A stretch of DNA of 64,000 nt from Camelus dromedarius. Its lineage: Eukaryota. The stretch is from assembly GCF_036321535.1 (NCBI RefSeq), contig NC_087437.1, positions 81,408,001 to 81,472,000 of the forward strand, in the 5' to 3' direction. Below, in pieces: positions 50,453 to 63,882 of the stretch. The notes below the pieces were generated by a model. That model had not been told where the DNA came from and ran no database searches. It saw only the letters and a program-made list of their open reading frames with translations. Position 1 is the first letter of the stretch. The number at the start of each line of letters is the position of its first letter. The position numbers and the translations under genes were made by a program.

Positions 50453-52224
50453 AAAATGAACAAAGATGGGTGGGGGAGGTGGTTCAGACAGCAGCACAGG
50501 AAGATCCTGAATTCGCCTCCCCCCATGGACACAACAAATCTACAGCTACATATGGAACCATTCCCTATGAAAAAGACCTAAGAACTAGCTAAACAGCTCC
50601 TCCAAAACAAAGGACAAAAGGTCTACATCAAGATAGGTAAAAGAGGAAGAGACAGTCTTGCCAAAAACCCTACCCCTGGTGTGGAGCCCCACAATCAGAA
50701 GGGATCTTGTAGATGAAGAGCTTCTCCCAGAGGAGCAAGAATTTTGTGCCCTACATCTGGCACCCTGACCCTTGGGACCTGCACTGGTAAGCCCCCCCAA
50801 ACATCTGGCTTTGAAAACCAACAGGGCTTACATCCAGATTCATAAAAATCCTATAAGAAAACATAGGTGGTAAGCTCCTTGACATGGCTCTTAGTGATAT
50901 TTTTGGATCTGAGTCCAAAGGCAATGTCAACAAAAGGAAACAAATGGGACTACATCAAACTAGAAAGCTACTGCACAGTGAAGGAAACCATCAAAAAAAT
51001 AAAAAGGAAACTTAGTGAATGGGAGAAGATATTCCTAACTCATATCTGATAAAAGATTAATATCCAAAACATATAAAGAACTCTTACAGCCCAACAACAA
51101 CAACAACAAAAACATTCCAGTTTAAAAATAGGCAGAGAATTTGAATAGACATTTTTCCAAAGAAAATATACCAATAACTAAAAGGCACATAAAAAGATGC
51201 TTGATATCACTAATCATTAGGGAAATGCAAACCAAAACCCTAATAAGATATCACTTTACACCTACAGAATGGCTACTGTTGAAAGGACAAGAAATAACAA
51301 GTACTGGTGAGGATATGAAGAAAAGAGAACCCTCACGCACTGTTGTTGGAAATGTGAATTTCCAACACTATGGAAAACATCATGGAGGTTCCTCAAAAAA
51401 TTAAAAATAGAACTATCAAAAATCCAGTAATTCCACTTCTGGGTATTTATCTGAAGAAAATGAACACACATTCAAAAAGATATAGACACCCCTAGGTTCA
51501 TTGCAGCATGTTTATAATAACCAAGATATGGAAACAATCTAAATGTCTAACAATGGATAAATGAATAAAAGAGATGTTTTGCTTATATTTATATATATGT
51601 AATGGAATACTACTCAGCCATAAAAAACATTTGTGTTTAAATATATGTAATGGAATACTACTCGGCCATAAAAAATGAAATAGGTATTTGTCTTTCTCTG
51701 TCTAACATATCACTTTGCGTAATACCCTCAAGTATTATGCAAAGTGATATAAGTTAGACAGAGAAAGACAAATACCATATGATTTCACTCATATGCAGAA
51801 TCTAAAAAACAAATGAACAGACAAAATGAAAACGAAATAAAACACATAGATACAGGGAAGAGACTGGTGGTCACCAGAGTCAGGGGAAGTAGGCAAAATG
51901 GGTGAAGAGGATCAAGAAGTTACACACTTCCAGTTATAAAATAAGTAAGTCATGGGGATGTTATATACAGCATGGTGACAATAATCAGTAATATTGTATT
52001 ACAAATTTGTAAGTTGCTAAGAAAGTAAATCTTGAAAGTTCTCATTACAAGAAAAATTATTTGTTACTTTGTGTGGTAACTAGACTTACTATGGTGGTCA
52101 TTTGGCAATGTATACAAAATTGAATCATTATGTTGTACACCTAAAATTAGTATAATGTTGTATGTCAGTTGTACTTCAAAAAGAAATCTATCACAGGAAC
52201 CAAAAAGAAAAAGAAAAGAAAAGT
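50453..52224 (+). mobile_element. Internally deleted L1MA-type element (5' UTR joined to ORF2 end and 3' UTR)
   Basis: L1 5' end about 50468-50838, ORF2 C-terminus and 3' UTR to about 52180; identical 17-bp flanks acaagaagaagaagaat at 50436-50452 and 52225-52241. Confidence 0.8.
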
Positions 52225-52910
52225 ACAAGAAGAAGAAGAATCTTCACTGAGCTCTTATTAAGTCCTAGGCAGTTTAAACATTAAGGTACTATTATTATCT
52301 CCATTTTGCTAACAACAAAACTGATACTTAATGTGGTTAAATAATTTGCCCAAAGTCATATAGCTGACAAGCAGCAGACCTAGGAATATGGGTTCTTATC
52401 AATCTGTTATATTGCTCCTCACCCAACGTGAAACACATGTATCATTCAACGGAATCTCACTTTTATAAATATTAGAGTAAATGCCAAATTAATCAGGTAT
52501 TCAAATTTAATATGAGATATACATGTTGGTCAAAAATGACACCACACCTAGGAAGTGCTATACATGATGTACACAGGAGCAAACAGAGAGCTCGCTGCGG
52601 GTGTGGTGAAAACCATCTGGAAAAGAAAACAGCAAATGCAAAGACTTGGAGGCACAGAAGAGTGTGTTGAAGGGTGATACATAGGTTAGAAGCATAGTAG
52701 AGACACTGTTTAAATACTCTAACAATAAATCAGTATGTATTCTTTTTATTGGGAATGTTTGTGTTTGCAGATAATTTTCTGCCACATTACCCTGTTTTGT
52801 GGAATGCTAAGGAATGAAATACCCCTTTGAGTTTAAAGTTCAGTACTATCAAGTCTTGATGATTATATACTGAAAAATAGAACTTTCATGAACAAAAATC
52901 ACTAACTTAC

Positions 52911-53056
52911 CAGGTGACAAAGGCATAAATTGCTCCAATGATGATAATGGTGAATGCATAATGCCAACAGACGCATATGGTGAGAAACATAATATTGTCA
53001 TGATCCACTAAATCCCATGCAGGACCTCCATTGAGGGGATAAAGGACAAAACCAAT
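52911..53056 (-). CDS. TMEM45A: TMEM45A penultimate coding exon
   Basis: Acceptor ttacag|ATT; IGFVLYPLNGGPAWDLVDHDNIMFLTICVCWHYAFTIIIIGAIYAFVT(W); donor TG|GTAAGT. Confidence 0.95.
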
Positions 53057-53419
53057 CTGTAATTTAAAACAAAAAGCACACATTAAAAAGTACCAGTCAT
53101 ATTCCTGAAGATGGTGCATTTCAAAATGCTTTGTTCCAAGATTAATGGTAACTAAGCTAACTCCCATTATCTGAGATGCTACAGATAAGATATCTGCTGC
53201 TTGTTTTAGAAATATAGACAGTATCTACCAGATTGCATTTTTGAAAAAAAATATTAAGGACGTTTAAAAATCAATTTCAAAATATGAATAGTAATCATCT
53301 CTGGGGATTGGTGAACTTTCAGAGAATGTGTTAGGTTTCTAAGTGGTATAGTTTCACTCAGTTATTTCAAATTAGAGTTTAAAAAAAGATTTTAAAATAA
53401 ATAAATGTGAATGGGTAAC

Positions 53420-56400
53420 ATTATGTTCAATGATAAAAGACTGAATGTTTCTCTTAAGATCAGGAACAAGACAAGGGTGTCTTATTTTACCAATTCTATT
53501 CAACATTGTACTAGAAACTCTAGCCAGAGCAATTAGTCAAGAAATATATATATAAAATAGATAAACAACAAGTTCATACTGTATAGCACAGGAAACTATA
53601 TTCAATATCTTGTAGTAACTTATGGTGAAAAAGAATATGAAAACAAATATATGTATGTTCATGCATGACTGAAGCATTATGCTGTATACCAGAAATTGAT
53701 ACAACATTGTAAACTGACTATACAATAATATATATATGTATATATACCAAAAATAAAAAAGAAAAATAAAGTTTATCCAGATTGCAAAGGAAGAAGTAAA
53801 ACTATCTATATTCACAAATGACATGCTTATATGTATATATATATATACACACACATATATATACATATATACACATATATATACATATATACATATATAT
53901 GTATATAAAATCCTAAAGAATCCACAAAAAACTGTTAGAGCTAATAAATGAATTTAGCATACTTGCAGAATACAAAAACAACACACAAAAGTCAGCTGTA
54001 TTTCTATAAACATGTAATGAACAATCCAAAAACATTAAGTTAGCAAAACAATTCCACTTAAAATAGCATTTAAAAGAACAAAATACTTAGGAATAAATTT
54101 AATCAAGGAGGTTCAAGGCTTATACTTTGAAAACTACAGAACACCGTTGAAAGAGATTGAAGAAGATCTAAATAAACAGAAGTATATTTCATGTTCATGG
54201 ATGGGAATATTTAATATTGTTAAGATGGCAATAACACATAAAACAATCTACAGATTCAATGTGATCCTTATCAAAATACCAATAACCGTTTTTGCAGAAA
54301 TGGAAGGCTGATCCTAAAATTTATATGGAATTGCAAGATATCCAGAGTAGCCAAAACAATCTTGAAAAAGAAAAGTTGGAAGACTCACACTTACTGATTT
54401 CAAAACTCACTACAAAAAATTCAGTAATCAAAACATTTTAGTATTAACACAATGATAGAACTACAGATCAATGAAATTGAATTGAGATAAATACCCTCTA
54501 GTAAATTGGCTTTTGACAAGAATGCCAAGGCATTTGATGGGAGAAATCAGTCTCTTCAACAAATGGTGCTCGAACAACTGGAAATCCACATGAAAAACAT
54601 GAATTTGGACCCTTACATTACACCACATATAAAAATTAGCTGAAAATGGATCAAAGGCCTAAACATGAGAACTAAAACCATAACTCTTAGAAGAAAATGT
54701 AAGGGAAAAGCTTCATGGCCTGGGATTGATGCTGATTTCTTTTACATGACACCAAAAGCACATCAAAATTAAAACCTTCTGTGCATTAAAGAACACTATC
54801 AAGAAAAGGGGAAAACCCACAGCATGGGAGGAAATCCTTGCAAATCATATATCTGATAAGGAATTGATATCTAGAATACATAAAGAACTCCTAAAACACA
54901 GCAAAAAGACAAAAAAAATTTTAATGGGCAAAGGACTAGAAGACTCATTTCCCAAAAGAAGGTAAACAAACAGTCGATAAGCTCAAGAAAAGATTATGAA
55001 TATCATTAATTATTAGAGAAATGCAGATCAAAACCCTATGAAATACCACTTCATACCCACTAGGGTAATAATAATAATAATAAGTAACAAGTGTTGGTAA
55101 GGATATAGAGAAACTGGAACTCTTACACATTGCTTGTGGGGATGTAAGATGGTACAGCCATGTGGAAAACAATCTGATAGTTTTTCAAAAAGTTCAATGT
55201 AGAATTATCACATGACCTGACGATTTCATTATAGGTACTATATATACCCCAAATAACTGAAAACTGGTATTCAAACAAAAACTTGTACACAAATGTTCAT
55301 AGCAGCATTATTCACAATAGCCAAAAGCTGAAAACAAATCCAAATGTCTGTCAACTGATGATGAGTAAGCAAAATGTGGTATATCCGTACAACAGAATAT
55401 TACTCAGCCATAAAAAATGACATACAAATAAATAATGCAACACAGATGAATCTTGAAAACACTATGTTAGGAAAAGATGCCAGACATAAAAGGTAACATA
55501 TTATATGATTCTGTTAACATGAAACATCTAGAATAGGTAAATCCATAGGGCCAGAAAGCAGATTAGTGGCTACCAGGGGCTGGGAAGAGAGGGAGAGGGA
55601 GGGACTGTTTAATGGGTCCAGGGTTTCCTTCTGGGGTGATGAAAATATCTTAGAACTAAGCAGAGGTAATAGTTGCACAATACTGTGAATGTACTAAATG
55701 CCTCTGAGCTATATACTTTTTATTTTATTTTTTATTGAATATAGTCAGTTTACAATATTGTGTCAATTTCTGGCATACAGGGTATTAGTTCAGTCATACA
55801 TATACATATATATATATATTTGTTTTCATATTCTTTTTCATTATAGGTTACTATAAGATATTGAATATAGTTCCCTGTGCTATACAGAAGAAACCTGCTG
55901 TTTATCTATTTTATATATAGTATTTAGTATCTGCAAATTAATGTTACCAGAAAGGAAAGGGGTTGGGAGATCAGAGAGAGAGGTGAGGGAGATTAAGAGG
56001 TACAAACTTCCAGTTACAAAATAAATGAGTCTTTGGTATGAAATGTACAGAGTGGGGATTATAGTCAATAATTATGTAATATCTTTGTATGGTGAATGAT
56101 GACAACTAGTTTATCATGAAGATGATTTTGAAATGTACAGAAATATCAAATCATTATGTTGTACACCAGGAACTAATATAGTGTCATAGGTCAGTTATAG
56201 TTCAAAAACAAACAAACAAGTAAACCCACATAAAAAGAGATCAGACTGGTAGTGACCAGAGGTGGGAGGTGGGAGGAGGAGGAACTGGATGAAGGCAGTC
56301 AAAAGGTACAAACTTCCAGTTGTAAGATAAATAAGTAATATAATGTGCAATACAATTGATAAAATTAACACTGCTGTATGTTATATATGAAAGTTGTTAA

Positions 56401-56645
56401 GAAAGTAAATCCTAAGAGTTTTTACCACAAGGAAAAAAATTTTTTTATTTCTTTAATTATGTTTCTACATGAGATGATGGATGTTCGTTAAACACTGCGT
56501 TGTATGTAAGTCGTGATGTATGTAAGTCAGATCATTATGCTGCACACCTTAAATCTATACAGTGCTGTATGTCAATTATTTCTCAATAAAACTGGAAGAA
56601 AAATAAATGGTTAATTCTATGTGAATTTTATTCTAATAAAAAATT
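53420..56645 (+). mobile_element. L1MB-type LINE (ORF2 3' half and 3' UTR) with nested L1 pieces (about 53545-53757 plus, 55718-55940 minus, 55941-56603 plus)
   Basis: taagatcaggaacaagacaagg..gtactaaatgcc..tatacttt, resuming as aaatggttaatt near 56605. Confidence 0.85.
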
Positions 56646-58602
56646 AAGATAGATGGATGACAGACAGACAGACGGATGAACAGATGTCAGGTCTCGAGAT
56701 CTAATGAAATACAAGACCGAGATAATTACATGGATAATTGTACAAATGTCTACCATACATTAGCAAACTACGTGCAGTTACAGTGCTTAGGAAGTTTCCT
56801 TACACTAGCCCTTCAATAATGTATTATTATCCCAATTTAATATATTATTATCCTTATTAACCAGATAAGAAAATTGGGTGGTTTAGTGATTTGCCCCTGA
56901 TCATACATCTAACAAATGAAATCTTAACAGAAAAAAAAAGCGCTTAGTCTATACTATTGAGTGAAACCTTAATTCCATTCTGTTGGAAATTTCAAGTAAT
57001 TTAAATAAATCAGGGAAAACTAAGATTTGTACCTTAATCACTTGTTCCCATTTCCCATTTTAAAGGATTCCCTTTAGTTGGAAGGAGAACTACCATTTGT
57101 ACCAACTGGTAGATATACCACTGTATATCTTTAACCTCACTGACGAACATTAACTTCACAATAATTCTCATCCTCACAATAACCCCAAGGAGAAGATATC
57201 ATTATCCTCATGTTACAGAGGGTAAAACTGGAACTCAGAGACCTCAGTAACTTCCCCAAAATTACAAAATGGATGAATGACAGACAGGGTTCCAAACTAC
57301 AAGTGTCCAGCACTAAAACCTCTCTGTGTTCCTTCTTCTACCCCACACTCTCCTTCATCAGTTAGCCTTTCTCCGTGGGACAATATGAAGGACAGCAGCT
57401 TGGATAACAGGGTCAGCTTGAGCCATTTTGATACAATTTGAACAATCAGTAATGAGACGGAAGTTGGTCCCAGGAAAACACGGTACTGTTTTGCCCTTAA
57501 AACACAGATTACAGACTGGCGGCCCTTGAGCCACATCTAAATCACAGACATGCTTTGCTTGGCCTGTGCATTTTTTTAAGTAATTTAAATTTGTTTCCAA
57601 CATTTAAAAAATTAGGGAACATCACACAAAAGTCTGCAGCCTCAGCTTTTTTGTAAAAATAGAAATATCCAGCAACACCAGACCTGTGTTCCTCAGTGGC
57701 AAATGTGACCAGGAACACGCACTCTCTATCGATTCATCATTCAGATTAGTCCTCGTCTGGCCAAGTGGAGCAAGCCAGACAGAGGTTCTTATTTTTGTGC
57801 TGGTGCTGTACATTTTATTTATCAACCAATGTCACATTCATAAATGTTTCCAAAATATCACATGAGTTGAAATTAGCAAGGTATTCCATAATAACTTCTT
57901 TCTGCCCTCGTCCACATCCCAGGAGACAGAGTACCTTTGTTGTCTCTGTTTTGGAAATAAGAAAACTATTAACGCACCAGCCTGCCTCTCCATTCTCAAA
58001 CAATTGCAAAGATACCTGCATCATTGCTGCTGTACCTCACCTGCCAAGGGCTGGGTACTCCATATTAGGACACGGATATGTTCTAAAGGGCTGAGGCATT
58101 AACACCACTTGAAAACATACGTCACTCATCAAATTAGAGATCTGAGCCTACAATATTCATGTGGAAAATGTCACCCAGCCAGTTTGCTGGGTGTTTGGAC
58201 ATATCAGTGTTTTGCAATATCCCTTTATGTTCTGTGAGGAAAGCTCACTGTGGGGACCAGAGTGACTAGAGCCCAGGTCCCTGAAGGCCCTGGAAGAAAG
58301 CAAGAATTTTTAGATCCTCTGAGCTCATTGTTTGGAAATGACAAGAAGGAAACTCAAGGCATATGCTCAACTCTCAGTTTCAGCTGGGATGTCAGGACCA
58401 CTCTCACAGCAACGCATGGAGGGTAAGAGAAATTCTGTGTAAAGAAAAAATCTTTCTGGGAGATGGAGTTTAATCAACTGTGGACTAGCTCCCCAGTTCC
58501 CACCTATGTCCCATGCTTGCTCCTTCAATGCCATCCACACAACCCGTCTACCCCTGCTTGGAGAGTGATTTCCTCCAGCTCCCAGAGGGAAGGGTCAGCA
58601 GT

Positions 58603-59055
58603 CGCTGCAGGCTAAATTGTGCCCTCCAAAAGGGCACATTGAAGTCCTAACCCCTGATACCTGTGAATGTGGCCTTAATGGGAATCAGGGTCTTTGCAAA
58701 TGTCATCAAGTTAAGATGAGGTCAGACATCAGAACTGGCCCTAAATCCAAAGACTGGTGCCTTTATAAGAAGGCCATGTGATGACACAGATACAAAGAAA
58801 CACACAGGTGTGACTATGGAGGCAGGAGATTGGGGTTATGCTGCCAACAAGGCAAGAAAGTCAACGATTGCTGGCAACCAGCTAGGAGAGCAGCACGGAA
58901 CAAATTCTCCCTTTGGGGTCCCAAGAAAAAACCAACATGCTGACACCTTGACTTTTAAACTTCTAGCCTCCATAACAGTGAAAGCATAAATTTCCATTGT
59001 TTGAAGTCTTCTTGTTTGTGGGAATTTGTCGTCGCAGCCCTAGGACACTAACACA
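58603..59055 (+). mobile_element. MLT1C-like MaLR LTR
   Basis: gaagtcctaacccc..acctgtgaatgt..agttaagatgaggtca..gcagccctaggacactaacaca. Confidence 0.85.
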
Positions 59056-61239
59056 GGTATCACCTGTCCTAAAGCTCAAGCCTGGACACACTGGTGACTC
59101 TCAATCAGCTTTCAAATCCCAACTCAAGTCTACCTTCTCCTGGGAGCTTTCTTAACCCTCTTCCTATGGAATTAACAATATCTCCTTGGGGCATGATGTA
59201 CTTTCAGGTTGTAATGTTTCATCCTAGCAACAATCTCATGAGACGTTATTTTTCAGTTGAGGAACCCTAAACGCACAGAATAGCTAGTCTAGGGGCACGT
59301 GATTAATATGGTAGAACTAGAATTCAGATCCGGGTCTGCCGGACCTGGAGGCTCAGAGGCTTTTCCCTCCATGCCATAGTCACAATGGTTTTTTGGAGCT
59401 TCTAAAATAAACATCTGTCCTAAGTCACCTCCATCAGTCATCAACAGTTCTACCAGTCCAAATGTTTACTGTCTTACTCCAGGAAAAGAGAAATTTGAGC
59501 ACCCCTCCTTGTGCCCCTGCTAATCGCATTAAGACCCTCAGAACCTGGTATTTTATAAAAGCTAAAGATTTGACCAAAGGCCGCTGTGAAGCCTGTGAAC
59601 AGAGTTAACGGATGTGCTTATACGGAAAGCCATAGAAACGTTCCAAAGTCATTTCAGGCTAAAACCAAGTAAATTAGGAAAGCTGAAAAATAAGGCCAGA
59701 TAATGCCACCATCCATTAAATCCTCCTGTCAATATAAAAATCAGTCACTACTCTTTCATCTGCTATTCTAATTTGCTTCCTCATGTAAAATTCCAAGAAA
59801 AAATAAAAGGCCTGAAAAAGAACTTTTTTTGTTGTTGTATCTCATACGCCACTTCTGAACATCTGTTTTTGACTCGTTTAAGCTTCACTAGTATCCCATT
59901 TAAAATGTAAATAATTATCTTCTCTAACAGGTAACACGTCAGGGGCCCACTACAGGTTAGTCTGCATTTCCTAGTGTTTTATATCTTCCTCTCTCATCAC
60001 TTATGTCAACACCATAAGCCTAAGCAAGTGTTTGATCTACCATATCAGACCTCAGACCACTGCTGCTTACTTGGGTCTTCAGACCACTGCTGCATAGTTG
60101 GGTCTTTTTGTCATTTTTGAATGAACGTTTATCTTTCTTAAAGGTAAGGCAAGGTTGAGTTTCAGTTCGGGCCCGGGGATCTGGGGGTTCTGGGAGCTGC
60201 TGGGGCAATGAGTGGAGCTGGGAGATGCTACAGAAGCAATTGCCCAAAATTATGAGATGCAGCAGCAAGGGAGTCTTCCTTGTTCTCTGACTGTGCCTTG
60301 CAGCTCTGACAACAAAGGGCAGGAACTTGGGAACGACAGAGTGCAAAGGTGAGCTTCAGAAATATTCTCCCATGCAAAGCCTCAGAGAAAACACGATTCA
60401 TGGAATCAGTGGGCTTAAGGGATTTTTTTTTTCTTTTTTAAATTGCATGATGTGGTTAGGCTTTTGAGAAAACATATTTGGCTATAATGTGGTTCAGGAA
60501 AGAAATCACTGATACAGGTTGGGATGGGAATTAATTCCCTCTAGGTTTGTCTATTACCTAATCATTCATATATGAGTTGTAAAAAATGTGTCCAATGTGA
60601 GCATTTGCCTCATTTGGTTCACGTCTCCATACTTATGGTTCCAAGAATCTAACTACGCTCTTTCTCTAATCTGTTTATATACTGTTTATGCACTAGTATT
60701 AACAGTGTATGGAGAAATAGCAAGAGAAGAAATATGGTGAAAAGCAAATCACAATGTAATATTATTTGCCTAACATAGAGTTTTGGGCATAAACATTCAG
60801 ACACTACACATAGCAAAAAAAAAACGTGGAAGCATAATAAATCCGCCTAAGTCCCCAGACATGGTTGTTTCAGAGGAATCGAAGGGGTCACGGGGAGAGG
60901 CACTATGGCTAAACCTTCATTTCCTGCCAGTGTGTGTGTTTGCATTGGTATTAAACGTTCATTTTTCTTTAAGTCTCCAAACGTTATTTATCCTGGTCAC
61001 CAGATGGAAAAAAGATATTAGTCTAGACATACGGACAATTGGAAAATTTTTAAAATAATCTCACTGATGCCCAAGGACTTTAATCTCATAGCTCTCCCTT
61101 AGAAGAACTCTTGGGGAAATATGAAAACATTATTTCTCTGCCTAAAGGGACAACATCAAGCCAGCCTGTTCTTAGTTATGATAACCCACCGCTTCCTCCC
61201 TTGGATATTTAATTAATCACTAATTATTAATGGAACACT

Positions 61240-61950
61240 GATTCGCTATTCTGCTCTTATCTTTATTACCCCTTTCTTCAACTCTCTTCGGGTTTCCTCC
61301 CTTTTGTTCTTACTTTCTAATCTCTTCACTTGAATATTTAACTCTTTAACAAATTTGATTTGGTGGATATATACAGAGAATCCTGAACCCAACAAAGACA
61401 GAATACACTTTCTTTCCAAACACATGGAACATTTACTCTCACTGACATTGGGCTCCATTCCACAGAAAGTCTCAACACATTTCAAAGAGAACACATTCTC
61501 TGGCTACAAAGCAATGCAATTGAAAACAGACAATAAAAAGAAAAAGAATATTTTTGGAAACTTAAAAGCACAGTCCTAAATAACTCATAAATTAAAGAGG
61601 AAAGCACATGGAGAATGTAACATTCATAACTGCCCAAGAGTGAAACCTATAGCACATCAAGTCTCGTGGGAGGAATCTGCAGTAATGTGTGGAGGGAAAT
61701 CTATAACCTTATGTGTACTTATTTAAACACAAGAAGATTGAGAAGAAAAAAATGAAACTTCAACTCAAAAACCTAGAAAAAGATAAGTAGAATACAGTCT
61801 CATAACATTAAAGCAAAAACCAAAAATAAGGAGAAACTGACAAATCCACAACAACAATATAAAATTTTAGCAGACTTCTAATAGAAAGTGAAAGATCAAC
61901 TGGATGACAAGCAATTAGGAATCGAGGTTATATAAACAACATAATTAAAG
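61240..61950. mobile_element. Old L1 ORF2 fragments in both orientations
   Basis: Minus piece (KKGVIKIRAE) next to a plus piece (gaatacactttctttccaaacacatggaacattt). Confidence 0.6.
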
Positions 61951-62870
61951 AGTTCCAAGAGCCTGGCTTCATCCCCCACATCAAGAGGAACCTTTAATTT
62001 CCTTTTAGTTCTGGAGCCAAACACCCAATCATCACAGTCTGCTCTGGACCTGCAGCCCAGCTCTACCCTGGCTGTGCATTTCTACTCTGTATCTGGTCCT
62101 CAGCGTGGCTTGCCCTGTTTTTGTCTGTGTTGTTTAATTGCAGCTAGGTTTTTTTTTTTACTTTATTTTTTATTTACATTTCTCTTTTATTTCCTAGGTA
62201 TTTTTGATGCTTTATCTGTCATTGTTATCTGTCTGGAGCAGAGAAGATATACTGAAGCATAAACTCACCGTGTCATCCTGACCAGAAGTTACCTCTTTTA
62301 AATTTTTAAAATTTTATTTTCATTTTTGAATAGGCAATACATACACATAGTAAAATATTCCAATCAGGACATATGGAATGCACAATTGTGTTTTACATCC
62401 CTTTCTACTTAGCTTCCCAAGCAGATGATAATCTCACAAAATAACTTCTGCGTACAAGCTGGTTAAATTTACTAGTGATCAATTTTATCACATTATAAGA
62501 TACTCGTTATTTTTTTCTGTATCATTTTTCCTTCACAATAACTAAATCTAGCCACTCTTTACTAGCCTCTGCTGCAAAAGCCTTCCTCCTCCCCTACACG
62601 CTTGAATATGACATCTTTCCTATTCCGTTTTGACCATGACGTTTCTCTCCTGCACCTACCAATGCATTCTTACCACGCTTAACTAAAATCCCTGAAATAA
62701 CCTCGTCACCCCAAACCCCTACTCTCTGGGGACTAAAATCTCCTCTAAGAAAACTCCCCTGATTAAACTACATTCACCTTTCATCCAGGACTTTCTTAAT
62801 ATATACATATGAATGTCGGATTATAATTTATCAGCCTATAAAATATATATTCACTGATTGAGATACAAGA

Positions 62871-63197
62871 TTCTTTTCCATTATAAGTTACTATAAGATA
62901 CTGAATACAGTTCCCTGTGTAATACAGTAGGTCTCATGGTTTATTTATTTCATATATAGTAGTATATGTCTGTTAATCCCAAATTCCAAATTTATCCTCT
63001 TCCTCCTTTCCCCTTTGGCAACCATAAGTTTGTTTTCTATATCTATGAGTCTATCTGTTTTGTAAATAAGTTCCTTTGTATCTTTTTTTTTTTTTTTTTA
63101 GATTCCACATATAAATGATATCACACAATATTTGTCTTTCTTTGCCTGACTTACTTCACTCAGTGTGATGATCTCTAGGTCCATCCATGTTGCTGCA
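62871..63197 (-). mobile_element. Young L1 3' UTR fragment
   Basis: ttagattccacatataa..gacttacttcact..tctaggtccatccatgttgctgca. Confidence 0.85.
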
Positions 63198-63519
63198 CCC
63201 ATTAGGCTTTAAGCTGCTTGGGCATCAGGAACTGCTTCCAGCTAAAAGCACCAGCTCCGAGTTCCTACATAATGGATACTCGGGTGTGTGACGAAGACAG
63301 GCACACCTACCCCCCACCTTCCCTGCTGCTCTGTCAACGCTCCCACTGGGCTGCTGAGCCACTCAAAGAAACATCACCTCTCAAAGGCCCACATTCTCAC
63401 TGTAATAAGCAGCACATCAAAAGGAAGTTTTTGGGGTCTAGAGAAAAATGCCCACCAATTAAAGAGAGAAGCTTACAGGTGGAATCACCAAGAACATTAA
63501 CTGGAGCCCTCAAACTCAC

Positions 63520-63704
63520 CTGAAAGAACCAGCTGCCCTGGAGGAGGATCAGACTAATCCGCAGAAGCTCTATGGTTATATTAGCATGTATGAAGAGCTC
63601 TATGAAGGCAACCAGGCCTGCCAAAAAGACGATCAAGACCAGAAGCTGGTGCACAAAGATGTCCAGAATTTCCCGGCCATGAGTGTGGTTGTACAAGACA
63701 AAAG
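63520..63704 (-). CDS. TMEM45A: TMEM45A internal coding exon (third from last)
   Basis: Acceptor tctccctctatcag|CT; (A)FVLYNHTHGREILDIFVHQLLVLIVFLAGLVAFIELFIHANITIELLRISLILLQGSWFFQ; donor CAG|GTGAGT. Confidence 0.95.
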
Positions 63705-63761
63705 CTGATAGAGGGAGAAAAAAAAAATGGCTTTTTCAGTGAAACCAAGGCATATCTACTG

Positions 63762-63882
63762 TTTCTCTCTCTTCCTCCCTCCATCTCTCTCTCCCTCTCT
63801 CTCTCTCTCCCTCTCTCTCTCTCCCTCTGTCTCTCTCTCTCTCTCCCTCTCTCTCTCTCCCTCTCTCTCTCTCCCTCTCTCT
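63762..63882. repeat. Interrupted (CT)n microsatellite
   Basis: About 120 bp of ctct/ccct. Confidence 0.9.

Larger units (their letters stand above)
46393..63704 (-). other. TMEM45A: TMEM45A gene model, last three coding exons; 5' part lies beyond window end
   Basis: Exons of 185, 146 and 94 coding bp splice in frame and end in KNAEQEQESEEEM*, the recalled TMEM45A C-terminus. Confidence 0.93.

Noticed and set aside
57297..57603. Possible alternative last exon of TMEM45A (tttAG|ATG, 79 aa in phase 0; another frame has two CxxC motifs)
   Set aside because: Weak pyrimidine tract, no recognisable homology, and the 3' end runs into MIR-like sequence. RNA evidence would be needed.
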